Part shown: positions 15,336 through 22,011 of the stretch, piece by piece
How the letters are laid out: each line of letters opens with the position of its first letter
How positions within the stretch are numbered: position 1 is the stretch's first letter
Virus record (IMG/VR): IMGVR_UViG_2609459830_000015
Reading direction: 5' to 3' (one strand)
DNA length: 22,011 nt
Source: a virus
Lineage: Duplodnaviria > Heunggongvirae > Uroviricota > Caudoviricetes
Made by a program: the position numbers and the translations under genes
Notes under the pieces: generated by a model
Told to the model about the DNA's origin: nothing
Databases searched by the model: none
What the model saw: only the letters and a program-made list of their open reading frames with translations

Positions 15336-15748
15336 AGGTACCCGAACAGAAGCAGGCTTAAAGGTGCCTGTTCAGGTTGGCAACCAACTGACCCAACTCC
15401 TCATGTGTACTAGGGAAGTAGTACGTTTTTATGGGGAAGAGGGTAAGGGGGGTAAGGGGGGATTGGGTGTTGGGGCAGGAATAGGGTCTTTTCCAACAGG
15501 AGAGATCCATTGGTTAAGTAGATCACTGTCTTAAGGGCGCAATTTAAAAAAACGCCCGTATCAGCAAGGTAGTACAAAGCGCTCAGGCGCTGAGAAACGA
15601 AAAGGGTTCTTCCTGGAAGAGTGATTTTTCAGAGGAGCTGAATCAGAAGGGAGGCTGGCAGCCTTTGGGGAGGCCACCAGCCATGTGAGGGGGAATCCAT
15701 GAAAACCACATCACAAAATTATTATCTCATCAGCACGGGAGCTGCACA

Positions 15749-17407
15749 ATGGAGCTGACGATCACGCCGAATTTTGCACAGGAACGAGCGTTAAACATGT
15801 TGCGCCGTGACTGGAAGGCAAACGACACCTTCATGGTTTACTCGCCAACAGGTAGCGGTAAAACGGGTCTGGCAGCCTTCATAGTTGCTGGTTTTGTCAG
15901 CCGTGGTATGCGTGTTCTGTTCTGTGTTCCGTACACCATCCTGATTGGTCAGACGGCTAATCGGTTCGTGCAGTATGGTTTACCTGGAGATGAAATCGGT
16001 TATATCTGGGCGGATCACCCGAACTACGATCCGGACCGGAAAATTCAGATTGCCAGCGCTGACACGCTTATTCGTCGTGTTTTTCCTGAAAATATCGATC
16101 TGCTGATTATCGACGAAGCGCACCTGCGTAAAAAACGCATCCTGAAGGATATCGAACGTCTGCGCGGCAAAGGCGTAAAGGTGATTGGCCTGTCGGGTAC
16201 TCCGTTTTCTCCGTTCCTGGGCAAATACTATGACCGACTGATTAAGCCGACCACCATCGGCGAGTTAATCCAGCGTGGCGATCTGAGTAAATACGAATTT
16301 TACGCGCCAACTAAGCCGGATCTGAAAGGTGTTAAAACCACATCTTCGCTTGAGTACGGCCGCGATTACAACGAAACACAGCTGGCTGAAATCATGTGCG
16401 GCTCTACGCTGGTGGGCGACATCGTACAGAACTGGCTGGAGAATGGTCGGGATTTACCTACCATCGCTTTCTGCGTCAACGTAGCTCACGCCAATTATCT
16501 GACAATCCAGTTTAACCTGGCGGGTGTTAACGCTGAGGTAATGACCGCCGACACTCCGGTAGATGAGCGCCAGACCATCATTCACCGCTTTGAAACCGGT
16601 GCAACGAAAATCATCGTTAGTGTGGGCGTTCTGGTGGCCGGCTTTGATAGTGACGTTCGTTGCATCATCTACGCCAGGCCAACAAAAAGCGAAATTCGCT
16701 GGTTGCAGGCTCTCGGGCGTGGGCTGCGCACCGCACCGGGTAAAGAGTCCTGCCTTATCTTCGATCACAGCGGCACCGTGCACCGTTTGGGTTATCCGGA
16801 TTCAATCGAGTACGACGAGCTTCCCGGTAAGTCTGACGGCATGGAGGAAAGCGCGCGCCGGGCAGTTGAGGAACGGGCCGAAAAACTGCCACATGAATGC
16901 CCTCAATGCCACTACATGAAGCCAGCAGGCGTCTATGTTTGCCCGAAATGTGGACACAAGCCGCTGCGAGGTGAAGACGTTGATACTGACACTAGCCGCA
17001 AACTTAATAAGCTGGGTAAAAATCAGCATCAGTCGACGAAGGCAGAGAAACAGTCCTGGTGGAGTCAGATCAAATTTTATCAGCGCCAGCGTGCTTCGCT
17101 GGGGCGTCCAGTCAGTGACGGATGGTGTGCTCACACTTTCCGGGAAAAGTTCGGTGAGTGGCCTGACGGACTGAGTAACTTTCCGATGGAAATTACCCCT
17201 GAGGTAAATAACTACATCAGACACAAACTGATCCGGTTTGCCAAAGGCCACCAGCGGGTTCAGAAGGTCACTGAAAACGCACAAACAACGATTGATTTAT
17301 CTCAGGAACGTGATGAACGACGTGAGATACCGGCAGGCAGTGAGGCCTGGCGCATCATGCAGGCAAAGCACCAACTCCAGAAAAATATAAACAGTCTGAG
17401 TCAGTAA
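15749..17407 (+). CDS. SF2 DEAD/DEAH-box helicase with C-terminal zinc-ribbon (phage replication helicase)
   Basis: Walker A (YSPTGSGKTG), DEAH box (LLIIDEAH), motif III (LSGTPF), motif VI (QALGRGLRT), and a C-terminal CPQC...CPKCG zinc-ribbon. Confidence 0.85.
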   Translation: MELTITPNFAQERALNMLRRDWKANDTFMVYSPTGSGKTGLAAFIVAGFVSRGMRVLFCVPYTILIGQTANRFVQYGLPGDEIGYIWADHPNYDPDRKIQIASADTLIRRVFPENIDLLIIDEAHLRKKRILKDIERLRGKGVKVIGLSGTPFSPFLGKYYDRLIKPTTIGELIQRGDLSKYEFYAPTKPDLKGVKTTSSLEYGRDYNETQLAEIMCGSTLVGDIVQNWLENGRDLPTIAFCVNVAHANYLTIQFNLAGVNAEVMTADTPVDERQTIIHRFETGATKIIVSVGVLVAGFDSDVRCIIYARPTKSEIRWLQALGRGLRTAPGKESCLIFDHSGTVHRLGYPDSIEYDELPGKSDGMEESARRAVEERAEKLPHECPQCHYMKPAGVYVCPKCGHKPLRGEDVDTDTSRKLNKLGKNQHQSTKAEKQSWWSQIKFYQRQRASLGRPVSDGWCAHTFREKFGEWPDGLSNFPMEITPEVNNYIRHKLIRFAKGHQRVQKVTENAQTTIDLSQERDERREIPAGSEAWRIMQAKHQLQKNINSLSQ

Positions 17408-17408
17408 G

Positions 17409-18377
17409 ATGAAAACAGCAGATGCAGCGAAAGGCCGCTGGCCTGAAATATTAGAGCACTTCGGTCTGCCGCCGATAACCGGAAAAAATCACTTCAAGGG
17501 TGAATGCCCGGTATGCGGTGCACGTGGCAAGTTCCGAATTGACGACCGCGACGGTGCAGGAACGTGGATCTGTGTATGTGGTAGTGGCGATGGTATGAAA
17601 CTTGTCACCCTGACACAGGCGAAGCCATTTAACGAGATTTGTACCGAAATAGACCGCCTGATCGGTAATGATTACCAACGGGTTAAAATCCCGGTAACCA
17701 GCAGCGCCACCAGCTTACGCAAACGGGTATTGAGCAAGTTTTCAAAACTGGAGGCACTGCGTGGTACATCCGGCGCAGCGTATCTTAATTCTCGTGGAAT
17801 ATTCAGTCTTCCTGCTGAGGCGATCCGGTTCAATGCCAGGCAGAGACACAACGGGAGTGTGTTCCAGTCTCTTTATTCACTTGCTACGGACGATAAAGGG
17901 GAGTTGTGCTATCTGCACCAGACTCTGCTTGATGGTGATAAAAAAGCAGATATCGGTAGCAGTGCAAAGCGCCTCAAATCCCTGCAGGAAGATAACTATT
18001 TGGATCACGCTCGTTCTGTAGCTATCCGCATGTTTCCTGTCGCCAGCACTCTGGGTATCGCCGAAGGCATCGAAACAGCGCTGTCAGCGCACCAGATTTA
18101 TAACGTGAACACCTGGGCAACCATTAACAGCGGCTTTATGAAAAAGTTTCGCGTACCAGCTGGTGTTCTGCACCTGATTATTTTTGCCGACCGTGACGAG
18201 AACAGCGCCACCGGGCTGGCTGCGGCTTGCGAATGTGCTCATGCCAATCTGATGGCAAAGAATGACCTGCAGCGCGTGAGCGTGTACTGGCCGGATCACG
18301 ATGATTTCAACAATATGCTCATGAACGGTGATCAGGTTCGAGAGCTGGTTTTCCATAAGAAAAAGGCGGTTGCGTAA
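17409..18377 (+). CDS. DNA primase (zinc-binding N-terminus plus Toprim domain)
   Basis: CPVCGARGKFRIDDRDGAGTWICVCG zinc-binding motif; Toprim signatures (GIAEGIETALS with the conserved Glu; LIIFADRDENSATG with DxD). Starts 1 nt after the helicase stop. Confidence 0.75.
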   Translation: MKTADAAKGRWPEILEHFGLPPITGKNHFKGECPVCGARGKFRIDDRDGAGTWICVCGSGDGMKLVTLTQAKPFNEICTEIDRLIGNDYQRVKIPVTSSATSLRKRVLSKFSKLEALRGTSGAAYLNSRGIFSLPAEAIRFNARQRHNGSVFQSLYSLATDDKGELCYLHQTLLDGDKKADIGSSAKRLKSLQEDNYLDHARSVAIRMFPVASTLGIAEGIETALSAHQIYNVNTWATINSGFMKKFRVPAGVLHLIIFADRDENSATGLAAACECAHANLMAKNDLQRVSVYWPDHDDFNNMLMNGDQVRELVFHKKKAVA

Positions 18378-19234
18378 TGCGTACTGATAATAACGAACAT
18401 AAAGCACTATTCACCATCCCGACGGCAGCGTACAGCTCCGCCCTCGCAAACATCAAGCCCCTGCCAGAGCAACGGAGAATCACCGGGCATAAGCAGACTG
18501 ATGCTTATCTTTGGGTGCTGGAGGTTATCCGTCTGAACGAACCCGCACATCTGGATGCTGCTGAGGCTGCGCTGGTGAAAATTAAAATTTCCCCAAAAGA
18601 GGCTCAGGAACGCTATTCGCGTTATCTGCTGGCGAATGGTTACGAACCTTTCCAGGTTGCGTTCGGCATCATCGGCATGGATAACCCTGCGCAGGTTATC
18701 AGGAACGCCCGGGAGAACATCAAAAAAGCGGCATCAGTCAGGGCTACGTTTGGTAGCTATGAAGCAGCGCTCGAAGATGTGGAAGCAGAGCGGGTCATCA
18801 GGTCTTCCCAGAAATTTATCAACGATCATCTCTGGGGCTGGACTGCGGCAGAGAAAAAAGCCGGAAGCATTGGCGGCAGCCGCATGAACGAAATTGATGA
18901 ACAGCGTCGGGCATTTGTTGATGGATATCGCGATGTGCTGCCTGAGCCTTATACGCTGTCTGATGTTGTTCGCGAGTTCGTTTACTGGGACTGGCTCTAC
19001 AGTGTTCGCCACACTGCAACTAAAGAACAGGGCGATGAGTTTGGTTACTCTGAGCATCACGAATCGGTATATGACCGGGAGCGCTACCTTGAAAAATTGC
19101 TGGCAACCATCAAACCGGTGACACGCGCTGAAGCCGTGGAGGTGTGCCGCTGGTTTCTGGCAAGTGGTAAGGGTGAATGCATGGAAGACGACGGTGCAAC
19201 GGTCATTCTCAATCTGGTTGGTGAGTGCGAATAA
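18377..19234 (+). CDS. Hypothetical phage protein (285 aa)
   Basis: ORF coupled to the primase (TAATG overlap at 18375-18379) and to the downstream Q-like gene; no recognisable motif. Confidence 0.55.
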   Translation: MRTDNNEHKALFTIPTAAYSSALANIKPLPEQRRITGHKQTDAYLWVLEVIRLNEPAHLDAAEAALVKIKISPKEAQERYSRYLLANGYEPFQVAFGIIGMDNPAQVIRNARENIKKAASVRATFGSYEAALEDVEAERVIRSSQKFINDHLWGWTAAEKKAGSIGGSRMNEIDEQRRAFVDGYRDVLPEPYTLSDVVREFVYWDWLYSVRHTATKEQGDEFGYSEHHESVYDRERYLEKLLATIKPVTRAEAVEVCRWFLASGKGECMEDDGATVILNLVGECE

Positions 19235-19626
19235 TGCGTGATATTCAGATGGTTCTCGAACGCTGGGGGGCATGGGCGGCAAGTGGTAACGCCGGGGTGG
19301 ACTATTCTCCGATAGCTGCTGGATTTAAAGGCCTTTTACCATCCACCGCTAAACCTCGCCCGGCCTGCAGCGATGATGACGGCCTTATCATCGAAAACTG
19401 CCTTACGCGCCTGAAGAAGAAAAAACCGGACGAGTATTCGCTGCTGGTAGCTCATTATCTGCTGCGCATATCAAAAAGGCAGATTGCCAGAACAAGAAAG
19501 AAGAGCGAAAAGGCAATACGAATTGAGATGCAGATTGCTGAAGGATTTATTGACGGATGTCTGTCGATGCTGGGTGTAAGGCTGGAGATGGACGACTGGC
19601 TGCCCAAAAAAGTAAAAAATGATTAG
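19234..19626 (+). CDS. Q-like late-gene antitermination protein (phage 82/21 Q type)
   Basis: MRDIQMVLERWGAWAASGNAGVDYSPIAAGFKGLL... resembles the N-terminus of phage-82-type Q antiterminators as I recall them. A strong intrinsic terminator lies about 60 bp downstream. Start taken as ATG 19234 (TAATG overlap) rather than the track's GTG 19225. Confidence 0.6.
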   Translation: MRDIQMVLERWGAWAASGNAGVDYSPIAAGFKGLLPSTAKPRPACSDDDGLIIENCLTRLKKKKPDEYSLLVAHYLLRISKRQIARTRKKSEKAIRIEMQIAEGFIDGCLSMLGVRLEMDDWLPKKVKND

Positions 19627-19684
19627 CGCGGTCCGCAAAAAGTATGTCAGTATGTTAAGAGTGGTTACTACGCCACACAGCTTA

Positions 19685-19708
19685 AACCCGCCGCGAGCGG
19701 GTTTTTTT
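19685..19708 (+). terminator. Rho-independent terminator downstream of Q (tR'-like)
   Basis: aaaCCCGC-CGCGA-GCGGGttttttt: GC stem 19687-19701, T-run 19702-19708. Confidence 0.7.
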
Positions 19709-19823
19709 ATGGCTGAAATCGGTCCAGTACAGTAAACGCGCTGGCGGCGGTGAATACCGGTCTTTCAGCTTGCTGGCTTTTTCGACAAGAGTTATTGGTG
19801 TGTCACGTTAACCGGAAAAAGAC

Positions 19824-20021
19824 ATGCTGAAACAGCAGGATATGACCGAAACCGCCAGAGTGGTGTTTAATGAATTAAGCGTCACCGAACCGGCGACCGT
19901 CGGGGAGATTGCGCAGAATACTTACCTTTCACGCGAACGCTGCCAGTTAATACTGACCCAGCTGGTTATGGCGGGTCTGGCAGACTATCAGTTCGGTTGT
20001 TACAGACGCCTTCAGTCCTGA
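19824..20021 (+). CDS. Hypothetical small protein (65 aa)
   Basis: ORF downstream of the tR'-like terminator; its stop codon sits in the stem of a terminator-like hairpin. No motif. Confidence 0.4.
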   Translation: MLKQQDMTETARVVFNELSVTEPATVGEIAQNTYLSRERCQLILTQLVMAGLADYQFGCYRRLQS

Positions 20022-20032
20022 AGGCTTTTTTA
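20008..20032 (+). terminator. Rho-independent terminator-like hairpin
   Basis: GCCTTCA-GTCC-TGAAGGC (20008-20025) followed by TTTTTTAT. Confidence 0.5.
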
Positions 20033-20485
20033 TTTGTGGTAAATGGGCGGCTGGTGGGTGTGGTGGTTGTTGCTTTCCCGTTGCTGAAAAAGAAAGCATC
20101 AGGCGATTAGCAGGGTATCAGTTACCCGTTGAAATTTTTAAATACCTCACAATTCAGGCGGTTGACTGTTGTCTGGTTTGCGGGGAGTTTGTTAAAAGAA
20201 ACTGGCATGGTGAATCCCCCTGTGCGGAGGGGCGATCAGCAACCAGGTATATGGGATAATCGCGGATTCAGGTGCTGATACTGAATTCACCGGGAGGCAC
20301 CCGGCACCATGCTTTGCCACAAAAGTGTTGTTTCTGTTTTTCTCAAACTATCATCGTTATCCCTTTATTTCCGGCTGCGCATGGCGTGGCCTTTTTTTTA
20401 CGACCAGCCACTGGCAGATGGCCATCCTGTAATTTGATTCCGGTTCCGGCTTTTTAACTCTGTTCCTGTACACGGGAGAAATTCG

Positions 20486-20774
20486 ATGTCGATTAAACAT
20501 TATGATGTTGTCAGGGCGGCGTCGCCGTCAGACCTTGCGGAAAAGCTGACACATAAACTGAAAGAGGGCTGGCAGCCGTTTGGTAGTCCGGTGGCCATAA
20601 CCCCTTATACCCTGATGCAGGCGATTGCAGCAGAAGGTGATGTGGTGGTCAGTGGTGCAACTGAGCCGGATTGGTACTACGTCATCGTACTGGCCGGGCA
20701 GTCCAATGCAATGGCTTACGGTGAAGGGCTTCCGCTTCCGGATTCATACGATGCTCCGGATCCGCGCATTAAAC
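20486..20774 (+). pseudogene. NanS-p-like esterase gene (DUF1737-like N-terminus plus start of SGNH domain), 3'-truncated by IS66-family insertion
   Basis: MSIKHYDVVRAASPSDLAEKLTHKLKEGWQPFGSPV... then ...YYVIVLAGQSNAMAYGEGLPLP, where GQSN is the block-I motif of sialate-O-acetylesterase-type SGNH hydrolases. Protein-like sequence stops where the IS terminus GTAAGCG begins (about 20775); the rest of the track ORF is read-through into the IS. Confidence 0.6.
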
Positions 20775-22011
20775 GTAAGCGTGCAGCAAGAACCGTATTG
20801 ACGGGGATGTGTTATTCAGTCGGCAGTGCTACGCGCCAGGGGAGCAGTTCGCCGACCCGGTTTATCGGCCAGTCGGCTATGACGTCAAGGACATAGCGGA
20901 GGTAGCTTTCTGGCTCCACTCCGTTCAGTTTGCACGTCCCGATCAGGCTGTACAGCAGCGCTCCCCGCTCTCCTCCATGATCCGAACCGAAGAACAGGTA
21001 GTTTTTGCGGCCCAGACTGACCATCCGCAACGCATTTTCAGCGATGTTATTGTCAGCCTCAGCCCAGCCATCGTTCGCATAGTACGTCAGCGCCGGCCAC
21101 TGGTTCAGGGCGTATGCGAACGCTTTCGCCAGTTCTGAGTGTCGCGACAGGGTTTTCATCTTTTCACGCAGCCAGCTTTCCAGGGATTTCAGCAGCGGTT
21201 TCGTTTTCAACTGACGTTCGGCAAGGCGCTGCTCCGCCGTCATTCCCCTTATCTCTGCCTCGATGGCGTACAGTTCGCCGATCCGTTTCAGCGCTTCCTC
21301 CGTCAGGGCTGACGGGGTGCGAACGTGCACATCGTGGATTTTACGGCGGGCGTGAGCCCAACAGGCGGCTTCCGTTATCCGGCCATCCCGGTACAGCTCG
21401 TTGAACCCGGCGTATGCATCCGCCTGCAGTACACCACTGAACCCCGCAAGATGGGTCTGCGGATGGATGCCTTTTCTGTCCGGGCTGTAAGCGAACCACA
21501 CCGCCGGCGCCAGCGTTGACCCGGCGTTACGGTCGTCACGAACGTAGGTCCATAACCGCCCGGTCTTCGTTTTCTTATTGCCTGGCAACAGCACCGGGAC
21601 AGGCGTGTCATCAGCATGGAGCTTACCGTCAGTCAGCACATAGTCCTGAAGCGCTTCTTCCAGCGGTGACAGTAGCCGGCAGCATGCATCCACCCAGCCC
21701 GACAGCAGTGAACGACTCAGCTCCACGCCCTGGCGGCCGTACATTTCAGACTGGCGGTACAGCGGGGTGTGCTCTGCATACTTTGAGATCAGCACGCGGG
21801 CCAGCAGCCCCGGTCCTGCGATACCCCGCTCGATGGGCCGTGAAGGCGCGGGGGCCTGCACGATGGCATCGCACTGAGTACAGGCATGCTTTTCACGTAC
21901 AGTCCGGATAACCCGGAAGGCGCTGCGCATCAGCTCCAGCTGTTCGGCGGCATCCTCACCCAGATAGCTCAGCGAGCCTCCACATTCCGGGCAGCATGAC
22001 GCTGCCGGCAG
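20775..22011 (-). mobile_element. IS66-family insertion sequence, one end only (element continues right of the window)
   Basis: TnpC-type transposase on the minus strand running to the window edge; terminus beginning GTAAGCG at 20775, 37 bp beyond the transposase stop. The GTAAGCG terminus is from memory of IS66-family ends. Confidence 0.75.
20812..22011 (-). CDS. IS66-family transposase TnpC (N-terminus outside window)
   Basis: The minus-strand frame is open from the track's Met (21930) to the window edge: ...[48 protein letters not shown]..., giving the CxxC...CxxC zinc-finger typical of IS66 TnpC upstream of the DDE region. Confidence 0.88.
   Translation of the reverse strand: MPAASCCPECGGSLSYLGEDAAEQLELMRSAFRVIRTVREKHACTQCDAIVQAPAPSRPIERGIAGPGLLARVLISKYAEHTPLYRQSEMYGRQGVELSRSLLSGWVDACCRLLSPLEEALQDYVLTDGKLHADDTPVPVLLPGNKKTKTGRLWTYVRDDRNAGSTLAPAVWFAYSPDRKGIHPQTHLAGFSGVLQADAYAGFNELYRDGRITEAACWAHARRKIHDVHVRTPSALTEEALKRIGELYAIEAEIRGMTAEQRLAERQLKTKPLLKSLESWLREKMKTLSRHSELAKAFAYALNQWPALTYYANDGWAEADNNIAENALRMVSLGRKNYLFFGSDHGGERGALLYSLIGTCKLNGVEPESYLRYVLDVIADWPINRVGELLPWRVALPTE

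Noticed and set aside
16454-17284. Minus-strand ORFs 16454-16783 and 16802-17284 within the helicase gene
   Set aside because: Antisense to a helicase with all SF2 motifs in order.
18734-19282. 182-aa minus-strand ORF antisense to the 285-aa gene
   Set aside because: Cys/His/Pro-rich composition typical of an antisense frame; the sense gene is translationally coupled to its neighbours on both sides.
5935-20153. Shared 11-mer AAATACCTCAC near the att core (about 5936) and downstream of Q (about 20142) as possible paired att or recombination sites
   Set aside because: An exact 11-mer repeat is expected many times by chance in 22 kb; flanking sequence shows no extended similarity.
20041-20485. 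tRNA genes between Q and the esterase gene (as in Stx phages)
   Set aside because: Scanned for T-arm (GGTTCGAnTCC) and D-arm signatures; none found. The region has hairpins and a T8 run but no cloverleaf candidates.
21114-21911. Plus-strand ORFs 21114-21404, 21325-21519 and 21516-21911
   Set aside because: Antisense to the IS66 TnpC transposase; Arg/Pro/Ala-rich GC-frame artefacts.
1-22011. CRISPR arrays
   Set aside because: No regularly spaced direct repeats of 25-40 bp seen anywhere in the window.

Overview
This window is a mosaic of mobile DNA with three parts. (1) Positions 1-349 are the right-hand end of an IS3-family insertion sequence (transposase OrfB C-terminus plus terminal inverted repeat). 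(2) Positions ~350-5900 are an integrative island: a visibly AT-rich cargo block (472-4428) carrying a translationally coupled two-gene operon, a histidine kinase core (H-box plus HATPase_c) followed by a receiver (REC)-domain protein with a large unrecognised C-terminal domain, then a small 4-TM membrane protein and a P4-type tyrosine integrase, ending at a degenerate ~36-bp copy of the tmRNA (ssrA) 3' end (att core, 5862-5897). The kinase reading frame stays open upstream right to the IS3 boundary, so the kinase appears 5'-truncated by the IS. (3) Positions ~5900-20775 are a lambdoid prophage segment: a two-gene cargo cassette between att and int, int/xis, a leftward early operon that includes an SPFH/band-7 lipoprotein, an ORF6N-like protein and a frameshifted gene, a cI-like S24 repressor divergent from a YdaS/Cro-like gene with a recognisable PR promoter and palindromic operator, a structured 413-bp intergenic region, an SF2 helicase plus Toprim primase replication module, a Q-like antiterminator with a downstream terminator, and the start of a NanS-p-like esterase gene that is cut at ~20775 by an IS66-family element (TnpC runs to the window edge). 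The main candidate for something new is the kinase/REC-effector operon, whose architecture resembles phosphorelay-type anti-phage systems (Detocs-like) but lacks a REC-only buffer gene and carries an unrecognised effector domain. All calls are from reading the sequence and the ORF translations; no database search was run.
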